From Ostrea edulis (taxonomy: Eukaryota): 64,000 nucleotides of DNA. The notes under the pieces are model-generated. The model ran no database searches, had not been told where the DNA came from, and saw only the letters and a program-made list of their open reading frames with translations. Position numbers and translations under genes: made by a program. This document shows positions 63,582 to 64,000 of this stretch, piece after piece. Position 1 is the first letter of the stretch; the number at the start of each line of letters is the position of its first letter. The stretch lies in assembly GCF_947568905.1 (NCBI RefSeq), contig NC_079165.1:95542001-95606000 (forward strand), given 5' to 3'.

Positions 63582-64000
63582 TTAGTAAAATTCTCCTGTA
63601 TCTATAAACACCACCAGCAGGTTAGTAAAATTCCCCAGTATCTATAAACACCACCAGCAGGTTAGTAAAATTCCCCAGTATCTATAAACACCACCAGCAG
63701 GTTAGTGAAATTTCTGAGTATCTAGAAACACCACCAGCAGGTTAGTAAAATTCCCCAGTATCTATAAACACCACCAGCAGGTTAGTGAAATTCCTGAGTA
63801 TTTAGAAACACCACCGGCAGGTTAGTAAAATTCCCCAGTATCTATAAACACCACTGGCAGGTTAGTGAAATTCTCCTGAATCTAGAAACACTACCAGCAG
63901 GTTAGTAAAATTCCCCAGTATCTAGAAACGCTACCAGCAGGTTAGTAAAATTCCCCAGTATCTAGAAACACCACTGACAGGTTAGTAAAATTCCCCAGTA
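63582..64000 (+). repeat. 40-bp minisatellite, second block (open at the window end)
   Basis: About 10 further units. Confidence 0.95.

Overview
AT-rich, repeat-dense animal DNA. It is very probably a bivalve and most likely an oyster; this is inferred from the Helentron-associated HINE repeats, V-domain-like SINEs and C1qDC genes. Conserved spliced genes: the last 8 exons of AGK (+, 1733-9455), a complete 3-exon GRHPR-like gene (-, 46428-43049) and the first 6 coding exons of NUP54 (+, 53699-62458, continuing past the window). From about 9.8 to 39.4 kb lies a head-to-tail triplication of a 9.5-10.5 kb unit. Each unit carries an intact 2-exon secreted C1q-domain gene (+), a decayed spliced gene on the opposite strand (possibly GT32-like glycosyltransferase) and a HINE element. 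The middle copy is a chimera of copies 3 and 1, and differences between the C1q heads are mostly amino-acid changing. The most unusual signal is a set of small foldback elements sitting in (TA)n tracts whose arms carry minimal type-I hammerhead ribozyme motifs (CTGAnGA...GAAA-GCGC-TH): four sequence families, six copies. Also present: a young 5'-truncated Penelope-like (Naiad-type) RT insertion, a Crypton-type recombinase remnant, many MITEs with readable target-site duplications, several minisatellites (one built from a NUP54 exon end plus splice donor), a candidate orphan 107-aa ORF and a 132-N assembly gap. All alignments, counts and family assignments were made by eye; no database search was run.
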